DNA of 62,583 bases from an uncultured bacterium (GTDB lineage: Bacteria > Zhuqueibacterota > QNDG01 > CAYUAG01): positions 1-62,583 of the forward strand of contig CAZKMO010000004.1 in NCBI GenBank assembly GCA_964554015.1. Reading direction: 5' to 3'. The position numbers and the translations under genes were made by a program. Below, piece after piece: positions 1-9,158 of this stretch (the first letter of the stretch is position 1; every line of letters starts with the position of its first letter). The notes below the pieces were generated by a model. The model saw only the letters and a program-made list of their open reading frames with translations. It was not told the DNA's origin and did no database searches.

Positions 1-54
1 TCTGGTGGATATTCCACAAATTTTAATTCTGGTTTTGTATTTACATTTCATCAT
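1..54 (-). CDS. trpF: Phosphoribosylanthranilate isomerase, 5' end only (runs off the window)
   Basis: Manual translation of 54->1 gives MMKCKYKTRIKICGISTR. RIKICGI is the conserved TrpF N-terminus, and it lies directly downstream of trpC. Confidence 0.85.
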   Translation of the reverse strand, partial: MMKCKYKTRIKICGISTR

Positions 55-84
55 TGTAACTTTTTTATTAATTCTACCATAATG

Positions 85-912
85 TTAAAGAATATAATCC
101 TTGGTAATAATATTGGAATCATTTGCCAAACAAGATACTTCCCGCTTCCATTGCTGTATTAATTTGCCGGGTTCTTCTGATCTCATGAATGTTTCCCCAA
201 TCAGTACACCATCGAATCCGGATTCATACAGTTTTTTTACCTGGGAAGCATGGTGAATACCACTCTCACTAATTTTGACTATATGATCCGGAATTAACGC
301 CGCTAATTGTAACGATTTCTCTATATTCACTTCAAAAGTACTTAAATCTCGGTTATTAATACCAATGATCTCAGCCCCGCAGGCAATACTCTTTTCTATT
401 TCCTGTCGGGAATGAACTTCTACCAGAGATGACATTCCCAGGTTTCTGGTTATGGATATAAATTCTTTAAGTCTTTTTTCCTCTAAAATACGGGCAATCA
501 GAAGAATACAATCTGCTCCTAAAATTTTCGATTCATGCAATTGATAAGGGTCAATAATAAAATCTTTTCTTAAAACCGGCAGCTTGATGTTATCTTTTAG
601 GAAAGAGAGATGTTTTGTTTCTCCACCAAAGAACTTTTTATCTGTTAATACAGATATACCATCAGCTCCGTTCTTTTCATACTCTATAGCAATTCTCACC
701 GGATCAAAATTTTTTTTAAAATTTCCTGCTGATGGTGATTTTCTTTTTATTTCAGCAATAATGGATATCCCTGGCATTTTCATGCTAACCGTAAAATTAT
801 TTTTACGGTTATTATACTCAGGGTACTGATTGTTTAAAGAAACAGAAACCCTTGATTTTAATTTTTCTATTTCTTTCTTTTTATAACTGACTATTGTATC
901 CAAAATATCCAT
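85..912 (-). CDS. trpC: Indole-3-glycerol phosphate synthase
   Basis: IIAEIKRKSPS, SVLTD..FFGG, LRKDFIIDPYQ, LVEVH, IGINNRDL and SESGI motifs; TGATG overlap with trpD. Confidence 0.97.
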   Translation of the reverse strand: MDILDTIVSYKKKEIEKLKSRVSVSLNNQYPEYNNRKNNFTVSMKMPGISIIAEIKRKSPSAGNFKKNFDPVRIAIEYEKNGADGISVLTDKKFFGGETKHLSFLKDNIKLPVLRKDFIIDPYQLHESKILGADCILLIARILEEKRLKEFISITRNLGMSSLVEVHSRQEIEKSIACGAEIIGINNRDLSTFEVNIEKSLQLAALIPDHIVKISESGIHHASQVKKLYESGFDGVLIGETFMRSEEPGKLIQQWKREVSCLANDSNIITKDYIL

Positions 913-1931
913 CAGTTCTCCAGATTTGTCAATTCTCGTAAATACTCGACTTTTTCTTTAGCTTTGCCGGAATCAATTGATTTGGCAGCCATTTCGATTC
1001 CTTCCAGGATAGAATTCGCCTTATCACTGAGATAGATTACCGCCCCGGCATTCAGTAATACCATATCCCGGGCAGCCCCTTCCTGTCCCTCCAAGATCTC
1101 GAGAGTGATCTGATGATTTTTAATAGGATCTCCACCTATTATTTCAGAAAAATCACATTTTTTTAAACCAAAATCTTCCGGGGATATAAAATAATTTCTT
1201 ATTTCCCCATCTTTTAACTCACTTACCCTGGTTCTTCCCGATATGGAAATTTCATCAACTCCCTCCTCACCATGAACAACCAGAACATGTGTAGATCCTA
1301 AATTTTTCAATACATTAGCCAAAAGTTCGGTCAATTCTTCCCGGAATACTCCCATCAACTGTCGGTCTGCTTTGGCCGGATTGGTCAAAGGGCCCAGTAT
1401 ATTGAAAATAGTACGCACTCCTATTTCTCTACGGGGTCCGATAGCATATTTCATGGCTTTATGCAGAAGAGGAGCGTATAAAAATCCAAATCCGTTTTCA
1501 TCTATACATTTGGCCATAGTCTGAGGATCAATGTTGATATTAATACCTAATTGAGTTAAAATATCTGCGCTGCCACAACTACTTGAAACTGATTTATTTC
1601 CGTGTTTAGCGATATAGCACCCGGCTCCAGCAGCCACAAATCCACTTACCGTGGAAACATTAAAGGTATTTTTATTGTCCCCTCCTGTACCACACGTATC
1701 TATGAGAATATTATTTTTACAGGCTATAACAGTTGCTTTTTCTCTCATAGCTTTTACAAATCCGGAAATTTCATCAATGGTCTCTCCTTTAAGTCGTAAG
1801 GATACCAACAAGGCACTGATCTGGGCATCAGTGGTTTCTCCGTTCATGATATGGGAGGCGACACTATAGGATTGATCAAATGACAAGTTCTGTGCATCTA
1901 TTACTTTTTGGATGGCTTGTTTTATATCCAT
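912..1931 (-). CDS. trpD: Anthranilate phosphoribosyltransferase
   Basis: DTCGTGGD, NVST, KHGNKSVSS..GSAD and RTIFNILGPLTNP motifs. Start moved from 1967 to the ATG at 1931 (MDIKQAI), which follows a GGAGGG ribosome-binding site. Confidence 0.96.
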   Translation of the reverse strand: MDIKQAIQKVIDAQNLSFDQSYSVASHIMNGETTDAQISALLVSLRLKGETIDEISGFVKAMREKATVIACKNNILIDTCGTGGDNKNTFNVSTVSGFVAAGAGCYIAKHGNKSVSSSCGSADILTQLGININIDPQTMAKCIDENGFGFLYAPLLHKAMKYAIGPRREIGVRTIFNILGPLTNPAKADRQLMGVFREELTELLANVLKNLGSTHVLVVHGEEGVDEISISGRTRVSELKDGEIRNYFISPEDFGLKKCDFSEIIGGDPIKNHQITLEILEGQEGAARDMVLLNAGAVIYLSDKANSILEGIEMAAKSIDSGKAKEKVEYLRELTNLEN

Positions 1932-2008
1932 ATTTCCCTCCTTTTTTATTTCTTTAATGTCTATCAATTATTTTCTCTTTTTCTTATAACCATCACATCA
2001 AAGTCAGT

Positions 2009-2056
2009 ATCGGAATCGGTATCGCTATCGCAATCGAAAGTAATTCCTATTCCGAT
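2009..2056. repeat. Imperfect inverted repeat built from ATCGGA/ATCGCT-like hexamers
   Basis: Arms ATCGGAATCGGTAT (2009-2022) and ATTCCTATTCCGAT (2043-2056) are 12/14 complementary, with further hexamer units between and beside them. Confidence 0.55.
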
Positions 2057-2134
2057 GATAATAATTCTTATATTTTCATATTTATTTTCAAATTTGCTTG
2101 CATTCATCCGTATCCCATTTATATATTTCCGCAT

Positions 2135-2170
2135 AAAAAAAGCCGTGAAAACTCTTCCGGTTCCCACGGC
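2135..2170 (-). terminator. Second intrinsic terminator in the trp leader
   Basis: mRNA GCCGUGGGAAC-cggaaga-GUUUUCACGGC (11 bp, two GU pairs) followed by U7. Confidence 0.8.
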
Positions 2171-2185
2171 TTTTAAAATATAAAT

Positions 2186-2222
2186 AAAAAAAGGTGAGAA
2201 CCTTACTGAATGTTCTCACCTT
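2186..2222 (-). terminator. trp attenuator terminator hairpin
   Basis: mRNA AAGGUGAGAAC-auucaguaag-GUUCUCACCUU with a U7 tract, about 40 nt after the leader stop codon. Confidence 0.85.
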
Positions 2223-2262
2223 ATTATTATCTAATTATTTAGCTGTATTATTTACCTGCATT

Positions 2263-2337
2263 TCAGGTGAGACACTCTATAAAAAAGCGCCACCACCAAG
2301 ACAAACAATCTAATAAAATTTGTGAATAATACTGCAT
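2263..2337 (-). CDS. trpL: trp operon leader peptide (24 aa, MQYYSQILLDCLSWWWRFFIECLT)
   Basis: Three consecutive TGG codons followed by Arg; GGAGA RBS upstream; lies between a sigma70 promoter and the terminators upstream of trpD. Not in the ORF track. Confidence 0.9.
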   Translation of the reverse strand: MQYYSQILLDCLSWWWRFFIECLT

Positions 2338-2368
2338 CAATAATCTCTTTCTCCATATTTAACTGCAA

Positions 2369-2397
2369 ATAATACTAAAATTTTTTTAAAAAAGCAA
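2369..2397 (-). promoter_or_regulatory. sigma70-type promoter of the trp operon
   Basis: TTGCTT-N17-TATTAT on the minus strand, about 30 nt upstream of the trpL ATG. Confidence 0.65.
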
Positions 2398-2573
2398 GTT
2401 TTTTTTAATTTTTTTTTTTAATTTGTGCATAAATATAATAATGTTAACAAATAAAAAGTCTATAGAAAATAGTCTTCATATAAAAAATTCTTGAATATTG
2501 CGTATATTATATGTAGATTTTTATGGATAACAATTTACATTACATATATAATCTTATTAAATAAGGAGTAGTT

Positions 2574-4067
2574 ATGGCTGATAAAGAAATTATAATTATC
2601 GGAGCCGGACCAGGAGGCCTGGCTGCAGGTATGCTTCTTGCTCATCAGGGATACAATACTACCATTTATGAAAAACAGGAATATATAGGGGGACGAAATT
2701 CTTCTTTTAAATTAGGTGAATACACCTTCGATTTAGGTCCCACTTTTTTTATGATGACAGATGTACTGGAAACCATATTTCATACTACCGGGAAAAACAT
2801 GGAAGATTATTTTGAAATCAAACACCTTGATCCCATGTATCGATTAAAATTCAGCGGCGGACGGGAACTTTATCCCTCTCAGGATAAAGAAAAAATGAAA
2901 AAAACTCTGGAAGCATTTGCTCCGGGAAGTTTTTCAGGATATCTGAAATATTTAAGAAAAGAGGAAAGAAAATACGGTAAACTCATTCCCTGCCTTTCCA
3001 TGCCTTACGGAAAACTCAGTGACTTTTTGTCCTGGCAGCTTGTAAGTTCTCTTCCCTATCTGGATGCACATACCAGCCTCTATAATGTTCTGGGTCGTTA
3101 TTATGATGATCCGGATGTCCGCATTGCTTTTACATTTCAGGCCAAATATATCGGCATGTCTCCCTGGAGTGCTCCCGGCTTGTTCAGTATCATTTCCTAT
3201 ATTGAACACGGAGGCGGTATTTACCATGTAACCGGTGGCCTTAACCAGCTTGCGCAGGGTATGAAGAAAGCCTTTGAAGAAGATGGCGGTACTGTACAAA
3301 CCGGAACTCCGGTGAAAGAAGTGTTGATTCAAAATAAAAAAGCAACTGGAGTCCGATTAAAAAACGGTAAGGAAGTAAAATCTGATTATGTTATTATTAA
3401 TGCAGATTTTGCCCAGGCCATGAAAACCTTGATCCCGGTAGAACATCGGAAAAAGTATACTGATAAAAAATTAGACAAGAAAAAATATTCCTGTTCCACT
3501 TATATGCTCTATTTGGGAGTAAATAAAACCTATCCTCATATCCCTCATCACAGTATTATTTTTGCGGATGATTACAAAAAAAATGTGGAAGAAATCACTG
3601 ATTCCAAGATATTATCAGAGGATCCTTCCCTATACGTACAGAATGCTTGTGTTACAGATTCAACCCTGGCTCCCAAGGGAAAATCCACTCTTTATGTTCT
3701 GATTCCTGTACCCAACAACAAAAGCCATATCGACTGGAACCAAAAGAAAAAAACATTTCGGGATAATATCATTAATCTGCTGGAAACCCGGGGAGGATAT
3801 AAAGGATTAAAAGAGAGTATAGAACAGGAAAAAATAATTACTCCCCTTGACTGGGAACAGGAAAAGGATGTCTTTAAGGGAGCAACCTTTAATCTGGCTC
3901 ATAATATGGGACAAATGTTATTCTTTCGTCCTCATAACCAATTCGAAGAGTTTGGCAACTGCTATCTGGTAGGAGGTGGTACCCATCCCGGCAGCGGACT
4001 TCCCACTATTTATGAATCCGGTAGAATTACTGCTGAGCTTATAAGAAAAAAAGATGGAATTGAGTAA
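2574..4067 (+). CDS. crtI: Phytoene/dehydrosqualene desaturase family (CrtI/CrtN-like) FAD oxidoreductase
   Basis: IIGAGPGGLAA FAD-binding motif, FDLGPTF, YLVGGGTHPGSGLPTIYESG C-terminal signature; AGGAG RBS. Confidence 0.85.
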   Translation: MADKEIIIIGAGPGGLAAGMLLAHQGYNTTIYEKQEYIGGRNSSFKLGEYTFDLGPTFFMMTDVLETIFHTTGKNMEDYFEIKHLDPMYRLKFSGGRELYPSQDKEKMKKTLEAFAPGSFSGYLKYLRKEERKYGKLIPCLSMPYGKLSDFLSWQLVSSLPYLDAHTSLYNVLGRYYDDPDVRIAFTFQAKYIGMSPWSAPGLFSIISYIEHGGGIYHVTGGLNQLAQGMKKAFEEDGGTVQTGTPVKEVLIQNKKATGVRLKNGKEVKSDYVIINADFAQAMKTLIPVEHRKKYTDKKLDKKKYSCSTYMLYLGVNKTYPHIPHHSIIFADDYKKNVEEITDSKILSEDPSLYVQNACVTDSTLAPKGKSTLYVLIPVPNNKSHIDWNQKKKTFRDNIINLLETRGGYKGLKESIEQEKIITPLDWEQEKDVFKGATFNLAHNMGQMLFFRPHNQFEEFGNCYLVGGGTHPGSGLPTIYESGRITAELIRKKDGIE

Positions 4068-4215
4068 TAGACAGCATTCTGGAAAAAGCCTGATTATTTC
4101 TTTCTTGTTTTATTAATTATTATTATGTATATTAATTTCTGATTTTAATAAATAATTTTCAACTTAATATTTTCTAGGATGTTGCGACCTATTTATAAAA
4201 ATCTGGTAAATCCAG

Positions 4216-6720
4216 ATGAAGCCAAAAATAATTAAAATTCTTAGTGTTTTTTTAAGTTTCCTTTTTTTAACTACAGGTATATATGGAATTTATAATACAT
4301 CCCAAAGAGGTGGATTCCCTTTTAACGGAAAAATTATTCAAAAAAACTTTGTAATAACTAAAATAATTCCAGATTCAAAGAATACGGCTATTCAACTAAA
4401 ATTAAATGATATTATTTTATCCTTAGATGGATGGGAAATAAATGAAAATATTGATGTTAATTATATTTTAGATAGTAAAAAAGCAGGCGAAACCATCCAG
4501 GCTATCATTCAAAGAGATAAACATCTTTTTTCAATTCCGGTCAATTTAATTCACTTTCACAAATCCTGGAGTTTATGGCTTCACTTATGTTTCGGTTCCT
4601 TTTTATGGCTAATAGGAATATTTGTTCTCTTAAAAAAAATTACCTTCAAACCTGCGCAGGTTTTTTGGGGCTTGTGTATGACCGTATCTCTGTCAGCTAT
4701 GTTTATATGGAACGGGTATCCCTATAACCACAACTTTGTTGAATTTATTCATCCGGTTTTAAATTTTATAGTTTATCCTCTTGTACCTCCTTTTGTCCTC
4801 TGGTTCACCCTTATATTTCCCACTCCTAAAAAAATTATTAAAAAAAAATTTTTCCATATTATATATATATTCCTGCCCAGCTTCTTATTTACCATGTTAC
4901 TAGAAAGATATTATTTAGATTATATACTTACCCACAGTTTTAGTTCCTATCTGGTCTATAGTAGATTTTATAATGGATTCCGCTTATTACTCATCTGTTA
5001 TCTCATAGCCAGCATGGCCATATTAATACATTCTCTTATGGTGTCCGATTCCAAAGAAAACCGAAACCGGGTGTTATGGATTTTGGGATCATTCATATTC
5101 GGAAACATCCCTTTTCTCTTTTTCTGGACTTTACCCCTCATATTGGGAATTAAACCCCCTCTTATAGAAGAAATTAATTATATATTTTTATTGCTTATTC
5201 CCCTTGCCTGTGCCATATCAATAGTTAAATATCAATTATTTGACATTGATTTTATTATTAACCGTGGAATCGTCTATTCCATAATTACAGGAATTATAAT
5301 AGCACTATATTTAATTATTGTTGTTGGTATAAGCCATATTCTCTATACTAAAAGCCCTCAAACCAGCAACCTCCTTGCCATTGTCTTTACCGTTGTTATC
5401 GCCATCCTTTTCGCACCCTTAAAACAAAAAGTTCAGGTTTTTGTAAATAAAACATTTTACCGGGTGAGATATAATTATCAACTGGCCATGCAGAATTTCA
5501 GCAAGGTATTAACCCTTGCTCAAAATTCAAATACATTACCTTCCCTGGTAATTGACCATATAAACAAGGCTATCCCCTGTGAAAAAATTGCCCTTATTAT
5601 AAATGCAAAGAAACAGTACATTTTACAGGGATCTACCGGTATACCGAAAGAAAATCAACAATGTCTGATCTTTACCGAATCTGATGATATTATTCAACAG
5701 ATAAAAAAAGAAAAAAAAGGTTTAATTAAGAAAGGACGCGGAGATTTATTGGATGCATCCTTTTTATCTGATAACTCCTGTCTGGAATTTCTGGATATAG
5801 AACTCATAGTACCAATATTCGTACAAAAAAAATTAAAGGCATTTTTACTTTTAGGAAGAAAAAGGGCTGGCACCAGATTTACCTATCAGGATCTTGAACT
5901 GATTGTACCCATGGCAGAAGAAGGTATTCTCACCATGGATCGCTTAAACATTCAGGCTACCATGCTTTTGGAAAGATCCGCCAAGAAAAAATTGGCAGAG
6001 TTGAATCGCTTAAAATCCGAATTTGTATCTCATGTCTCGCATGAATTAAAAAATCCTTTAACCTCAATTAACTTCTCAGTTAATAATTTGCTGAAGGGAA
6101 TCCCAGAAAAACCCAAACCAGGAGTGGAAAACTATTTAAAAATGATTCAAGAATGCGGCAACCATCTGGAACGCATGATTACCAATCTTTTAGATATAAC
6201 CAAAATCGAGGCCGATAAGATCGATATTCATTTAGTAAAAATCCAATTAAGTGATCATATTAAATCTATAAAAAAATTTATGTTACCCCTGGCTCAGGAA
6301 AAAAATATCCATTTCCAGACAAAAATCTCAAAAAAAATCTGGGTATTTGCCGATCAAGTTTGGTTACGCACAATTTTCATAAATCTGATTGACAACGCCA
6401 TCAAATACACCCATGAAAAAGATACAATTGTTATTAAAACCGAATTTTCACCCCCTGATGGGAAAGATGATGCCCCTAAATCTGTTGGGATCTCAATTAT
6501 TGATCATGGAATGGGCATACCAGCATCCAAGCATAAAATTATATTCAAACAATTTGAACGGGTTAAAAATAAATCACAACAGCCTATCCACGGCCTTGGG
6601 CTGGGATTGTACATTATAAAAAAACTGATTTCCCTGCATGGTGGAGACATTAAAGTTAAAAGTAAGGCAGGTGAAGGAACCACCTTTACTTTCAGCCTTC
6701 CCGGGGGTAATAATATTTAA
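4216..6720 (+). CDS. Membrane sensor histidine kinase (PDZ-like domain, about 8-9 further TM helices, GAF-like domain, HisKA, HATPase)
   Basis: LKLNDIILSLDG PDZ-like segment after the first TM; H-box FVSHVSHELKNPL; N-box NLIDNAIKY; DHGMGI and GLGLGLYI G-boxes. Confidence 0.88.
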   Translation: MKPKIIKILSVFLSFLFLTTGIYGIYNTSQRGGFPFNGKIIQKNFVITKIIPDSKNTAIQLKLNDIILSLDGWEINENIDVNYILDSKKAGETIQAIIQRDKHLFSIPVNLIHFHKSWSLWLHLCFGSFLWLIGIFVLLKKITFKPAQVFWGLCMTVSLSAMFIWNGYPYNHNFVEFIHPVLNFIVYPLVPPFVLWFTLIFPTPKKIIKKKFFHIIYIFLPSFLFTMLLERYYLDYILTHSFSSYLVYSRFYNGFRLLLICYLIASMAILIHSLMVSDSKENRNRVLWILGSFIFGNIPFLFFWTLPLILGIKPPLIEEINYIFLLLIPLACAISIVKYQLFDIDFIINRGIVYSIITGIIIALYLIIVVGISHILYTKSPQTSNLLAIVFTVVIAILFAPLKQKVQVFVNKTFYRVRYNYQLAMQNFSKVLTLAQNSNTLPSLVIDHINKAIPCEKIALIINAKKQYILQGSTGIPKENQQCLIFTESDDIIQQIKKEKKGLIKKGRGDLLDASFLSDNSCLEFLDIELIVPIFVQKKLKAFLLLGRKRAGTRFTYQDLELIVPMAEEGILTMDRLNIQATMLLERSAKKKLAELNRLKSEFVSHVSHELKNPLTSINFSVNNLLKGIPEKPKPGVENYLKMIQECGNHLERMITNLLDITKIEADKIDIHLVKIQLSDHIKSIKKFMLPLAQEKNIHFQTKISKKIWVFADQVWLRTIFINLIDNAIKYTHEKDTIVIKTEFSPPDGKDDAPKSVGISIIDHGMGIPASKHKIIFKQFERVKNKSQQPIHGLGLGLYIIKKLISLHGGDIKVKSKAGEGTTFTFSLPGGNNI

Positions 6721-6737
6721 AGAAAAGAGGATAAAAA

Positions 6738-8087
6738 ATGGGAGTAGAAAAAATATTGGTTGTTGATGATGATCCCAAAATATGCAAATCACTAACCGAT
6801 CGTCTCAAAGCCGAGGGATTTGATACTCTTCAGAGCTTAAATGGAACCGATTGTCTGGAGATTATTAAAAATCAAAAAATTGATCTTGTACTTCTTGATT
6901 TAATGCTGCCGGATATGGATGGAATTCAGGTAATGAATCGTATTCAAAAACTGAATTCCGAGCTTCCTATCATTATTTTAACCGGTCATGGAACCATTGA
7001 AAATGCGGTGGCAGCTATGAAAAAAGGTGCTTCCGATTTTCTTCTAAAACCTGGAAATCCTGATCATATACTCATTGTAGTCAAAAAAACCCTGGAACAT
7101 AAAAATCTTCAGAAAGAGAATAAATTACTGCGCCAGGAAGTGGAAGATAAATATACGATGGTAGTGGGAAAGAGCCAAGATATGCAAAAAATTATGGATC
7201 TGGTAAAAAAGGCTGCACCCAGTATGACCACAATATTGATACAGAGTGAAAGTGGAACCGGCAAGCAGTTATTAGCCAGAACCATTCATACCTTAAGTGA
7301 TCGTAAAGATAGACCTTTTATCCAGGTTACCTGTACCACTTTATCGGAGCAACTGCTTGAATCCGATCTTTTTGGTCATGAAAAAGGGGCATTTACGGGT
7401 GCGATCAAACAAAAAAAGGGACGTTTTGAATTAGCTGACCAGGGAACGATTTTTCTGGATGAAATCGGGGATCTTTCTCCAGCCATACAGGCAAAGCTTC
7501 TTCACGTGCTTGAGTACGGTGAATTTCAACGTGTGGGAGGTACTGATACTATTAAGGTCGATGTTCGCTTTATAGCAGCAACTAACAAAAATCTTCAAAA
7601 TATGATCAAAAAAAATTTATTCCGGGAAGATCTCTTCTACAGATTGAATGTAATGAGTATACACCTTCCTGCCTTACGGGAAAGGCCGGGAGATATTGAG
7701 TTATTGGCTGAACATTTTTTACAAAAACATAGCCAAAGAATGCAGAAAAATATTACTGAAATCTCAACAAAAGCTTTTGAAATCCTAAAAAAATATCCCT
7801 GGCCGGGTAATATCCGCGAACTGGAAAATGTTATCGAAAGAGCAGTGGTGCTGACCACCAAATCTGAATTAACTCCGGAAGTTTTGCCAACATTATCTGA
7901 AGATCATTCTGCAGAAGAAATTAAAACCGGAATACCTTTGGAAGAGGCCCAAATGAAATTCAAAAAACAGTATATCGAGAAAACACTGCGTTTTGCAAAT
8001 AAGAGCCAAACCAAAGCAGCCGAAATGCTGAAAATCCAGAGAACCTATCTCAACCGGCTTATAAAGGAACTGGACATTAATCTGTAG
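6738..8087 (+). CDS. sigma54-dependent NtrC-family response regulator (REC, AAA+, Fis-type HTH)
   Basis: VVDDD and DLMLP receiver motifs, ESGTGK Walker A, GAFTGA loop, C-terminal HTH (AAEMLKIQRTYL). Confidence 0.95.
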   Translation: MGVEKILVVDDDPKICKSLTDRLKAEGFDTLQSLNGTDCLEIIKNQKIDLVLLDLMLPDMDGIQVMNRIQKLNSELPIIILTGHGTIENAVAAMKKGASDFLLKPGNPDHILIVVKKTLEHKNLQKENKLLRQEVEDKYTMVVGKSQDMQKIMDLVKKAAPSMTTILIQSESGTGKQLLARTIHTLSDRKDRPFIQVTCTTLSEQLLESDLFGHEKGAFTGAIKQKKGRFELADQGTIFLDEIGDLSPAIQAKLLHVLEYGEFQRVGGTDTIKVDVRFIAATNKNLQNMIKKNLFREDLFYRLNVMSIHLPALRERPGDIELLAEHFLQKHSQRMQKNITEISTKAFEILKKYPWPGNIRELENVIERAVVLTTKSELTPEVLPTLSEDHSAEEIKTGIPLEEAQMKFKKQYIEKTLRFANKSQTKAAEMLKIQRTYLNRLIKELDINL

Positions 8088-8382
8088 ATATTGATTTACA
8101 ATGAAAACAGTACCTTTCCTTATATAGTTATATTTTCCATCATATCCATTAAAAAAGATTCATAAGTTTTCAATTATTGTTATATAATCCTAACTGAAAA
8201 TTTTCTCTTTTATATTACACACTTATAAAATTTTATAACTCCCTGTATACTTTATTATAACTTTTCTTCATCAACCATGCACACCTTATTTAATAGGGTA
8301 AGGAAAAAAGTACATCATAAAGTATTGATAATTAATAATTTAAAATATTACTAATTTTATACAAAACCAAAAAATATAATTT

Positions 8383-8397
8383 TGGAACAAGATTTGT
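8383..8397 (+). promoter_or_regulatory. Possible sigma54 promoter with a non-canonical -12 element
   Basis: TGGAACAAGATTTGT: GG-N10-GT spacing with TTTG, about 55 nt upstream of the 8452 start and just downstream of a sigma54 activator gene. The -12 C is missing. Confidence 0.3.
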
Positions 8398-8451
8398 CTT
8401 AAAAATCAAGTGAAAACAGATAATATCGATAATAAAATAAGGAGGATGGTG

Positions 8452-9108
8452 ATGAATACTAATAAAAAAACCGTAAATATAATCAAAAAACGTATGTCTT
8501 TTGATTATAATAGACAAGATATTTTTCTGGGGAAAGTGGTGTTCTCTTTGCTTTTTTTCTGGATTATATTTTCTTCTCCTGTTCATGCCCAGGAGAAAGT
8601 TACTGAAACTGTTATTGTATCCTGTAACAGCAAACAGCACGTCGGTAGATTACTCTATGTTACTGATACTGAACTTGTACTCTGGCAAAGTAATCAAACC
8701 TATAATCCCGAACAATTAAACAATTTTGCACTATCATTCTCCGGGTCTCAAATCGACCGTATTATTATTGACAAAAAGGGTAAATTCTGGACTGGAGCTG
8801 GCTATGGATTAGCAATTGGTGGAGGAGGTGGTGCTATTGCTGCTATTACCCAACAGAATAAGGAAGATGAATATTTCTTTTGGACTTTAAATTCCGGGAG
8901 AAGGGCACTTAAGAGAGGTTTAATGTTAGGTGTTCCTTCCGCAATAATTGGTGGTATCATCGGTGCAACGCTTAGTGCTGATGAAAATTTTGATATTCAG
9001 AAAAACGATAATATCTATCAATCACTGGTTCCTGAACTGAAAAAGAGAGCCATATTTCCCTTTCTACCTCCACCTGAATTACAAGAATTTGTAGCTCAAA
9101 ATAATTAA
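8452..9108 (+). CDS. Exported hypothetical protein with a glycine-zipper-like hairpin
   Basis: AAGGAGG RBS before the ATG at 8452 (the track starts at 8410); signal peptide ending PVHA-Q; GAGYGLAIGGGGGAIAA and GVPSAIIGGIIGA segments. Confidence 0.7.
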   Translation: MNTNKKTVNIIKKRMSFDYNRQDIFLGKVVFSLLFFWIIFSSPVHAQEKVTETVIVSCNSKQHVGRLLYVTDTELVLWQSNQTYNPEQLNNFALSFSGSQIDRIIIDKKGKFWTGAGYGLAIGGGGGAIAAITQQNKEDEYFFWTLNSGRRALKRGLMLGVPSAIIGGIIGATLSADENFDIQKNDNIYQSLVPELKKRAIFPFLPPPELQEFVAQNN

Positions 9109-9158
9109 GAACTTCACTGGACTTATCTGGAAATTTATTTAAAGAAAGGATAAATAAA

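Noticed and set aside
1964-2167. 67-aa ORF in the trp leader (IGIGITFDCDSDTDSDTD)
   Set aside because: It starts inside terminator 2, has no convincing RBS, and its odd sequence is simply the translation of the hexamer repeat.
2135-2360. T-box riboswitch or TRAP-type control of trp
   Set aside because: No T-box consensus or (G/U)AG repeat array was seen; the WWW leader peptide explains the region.
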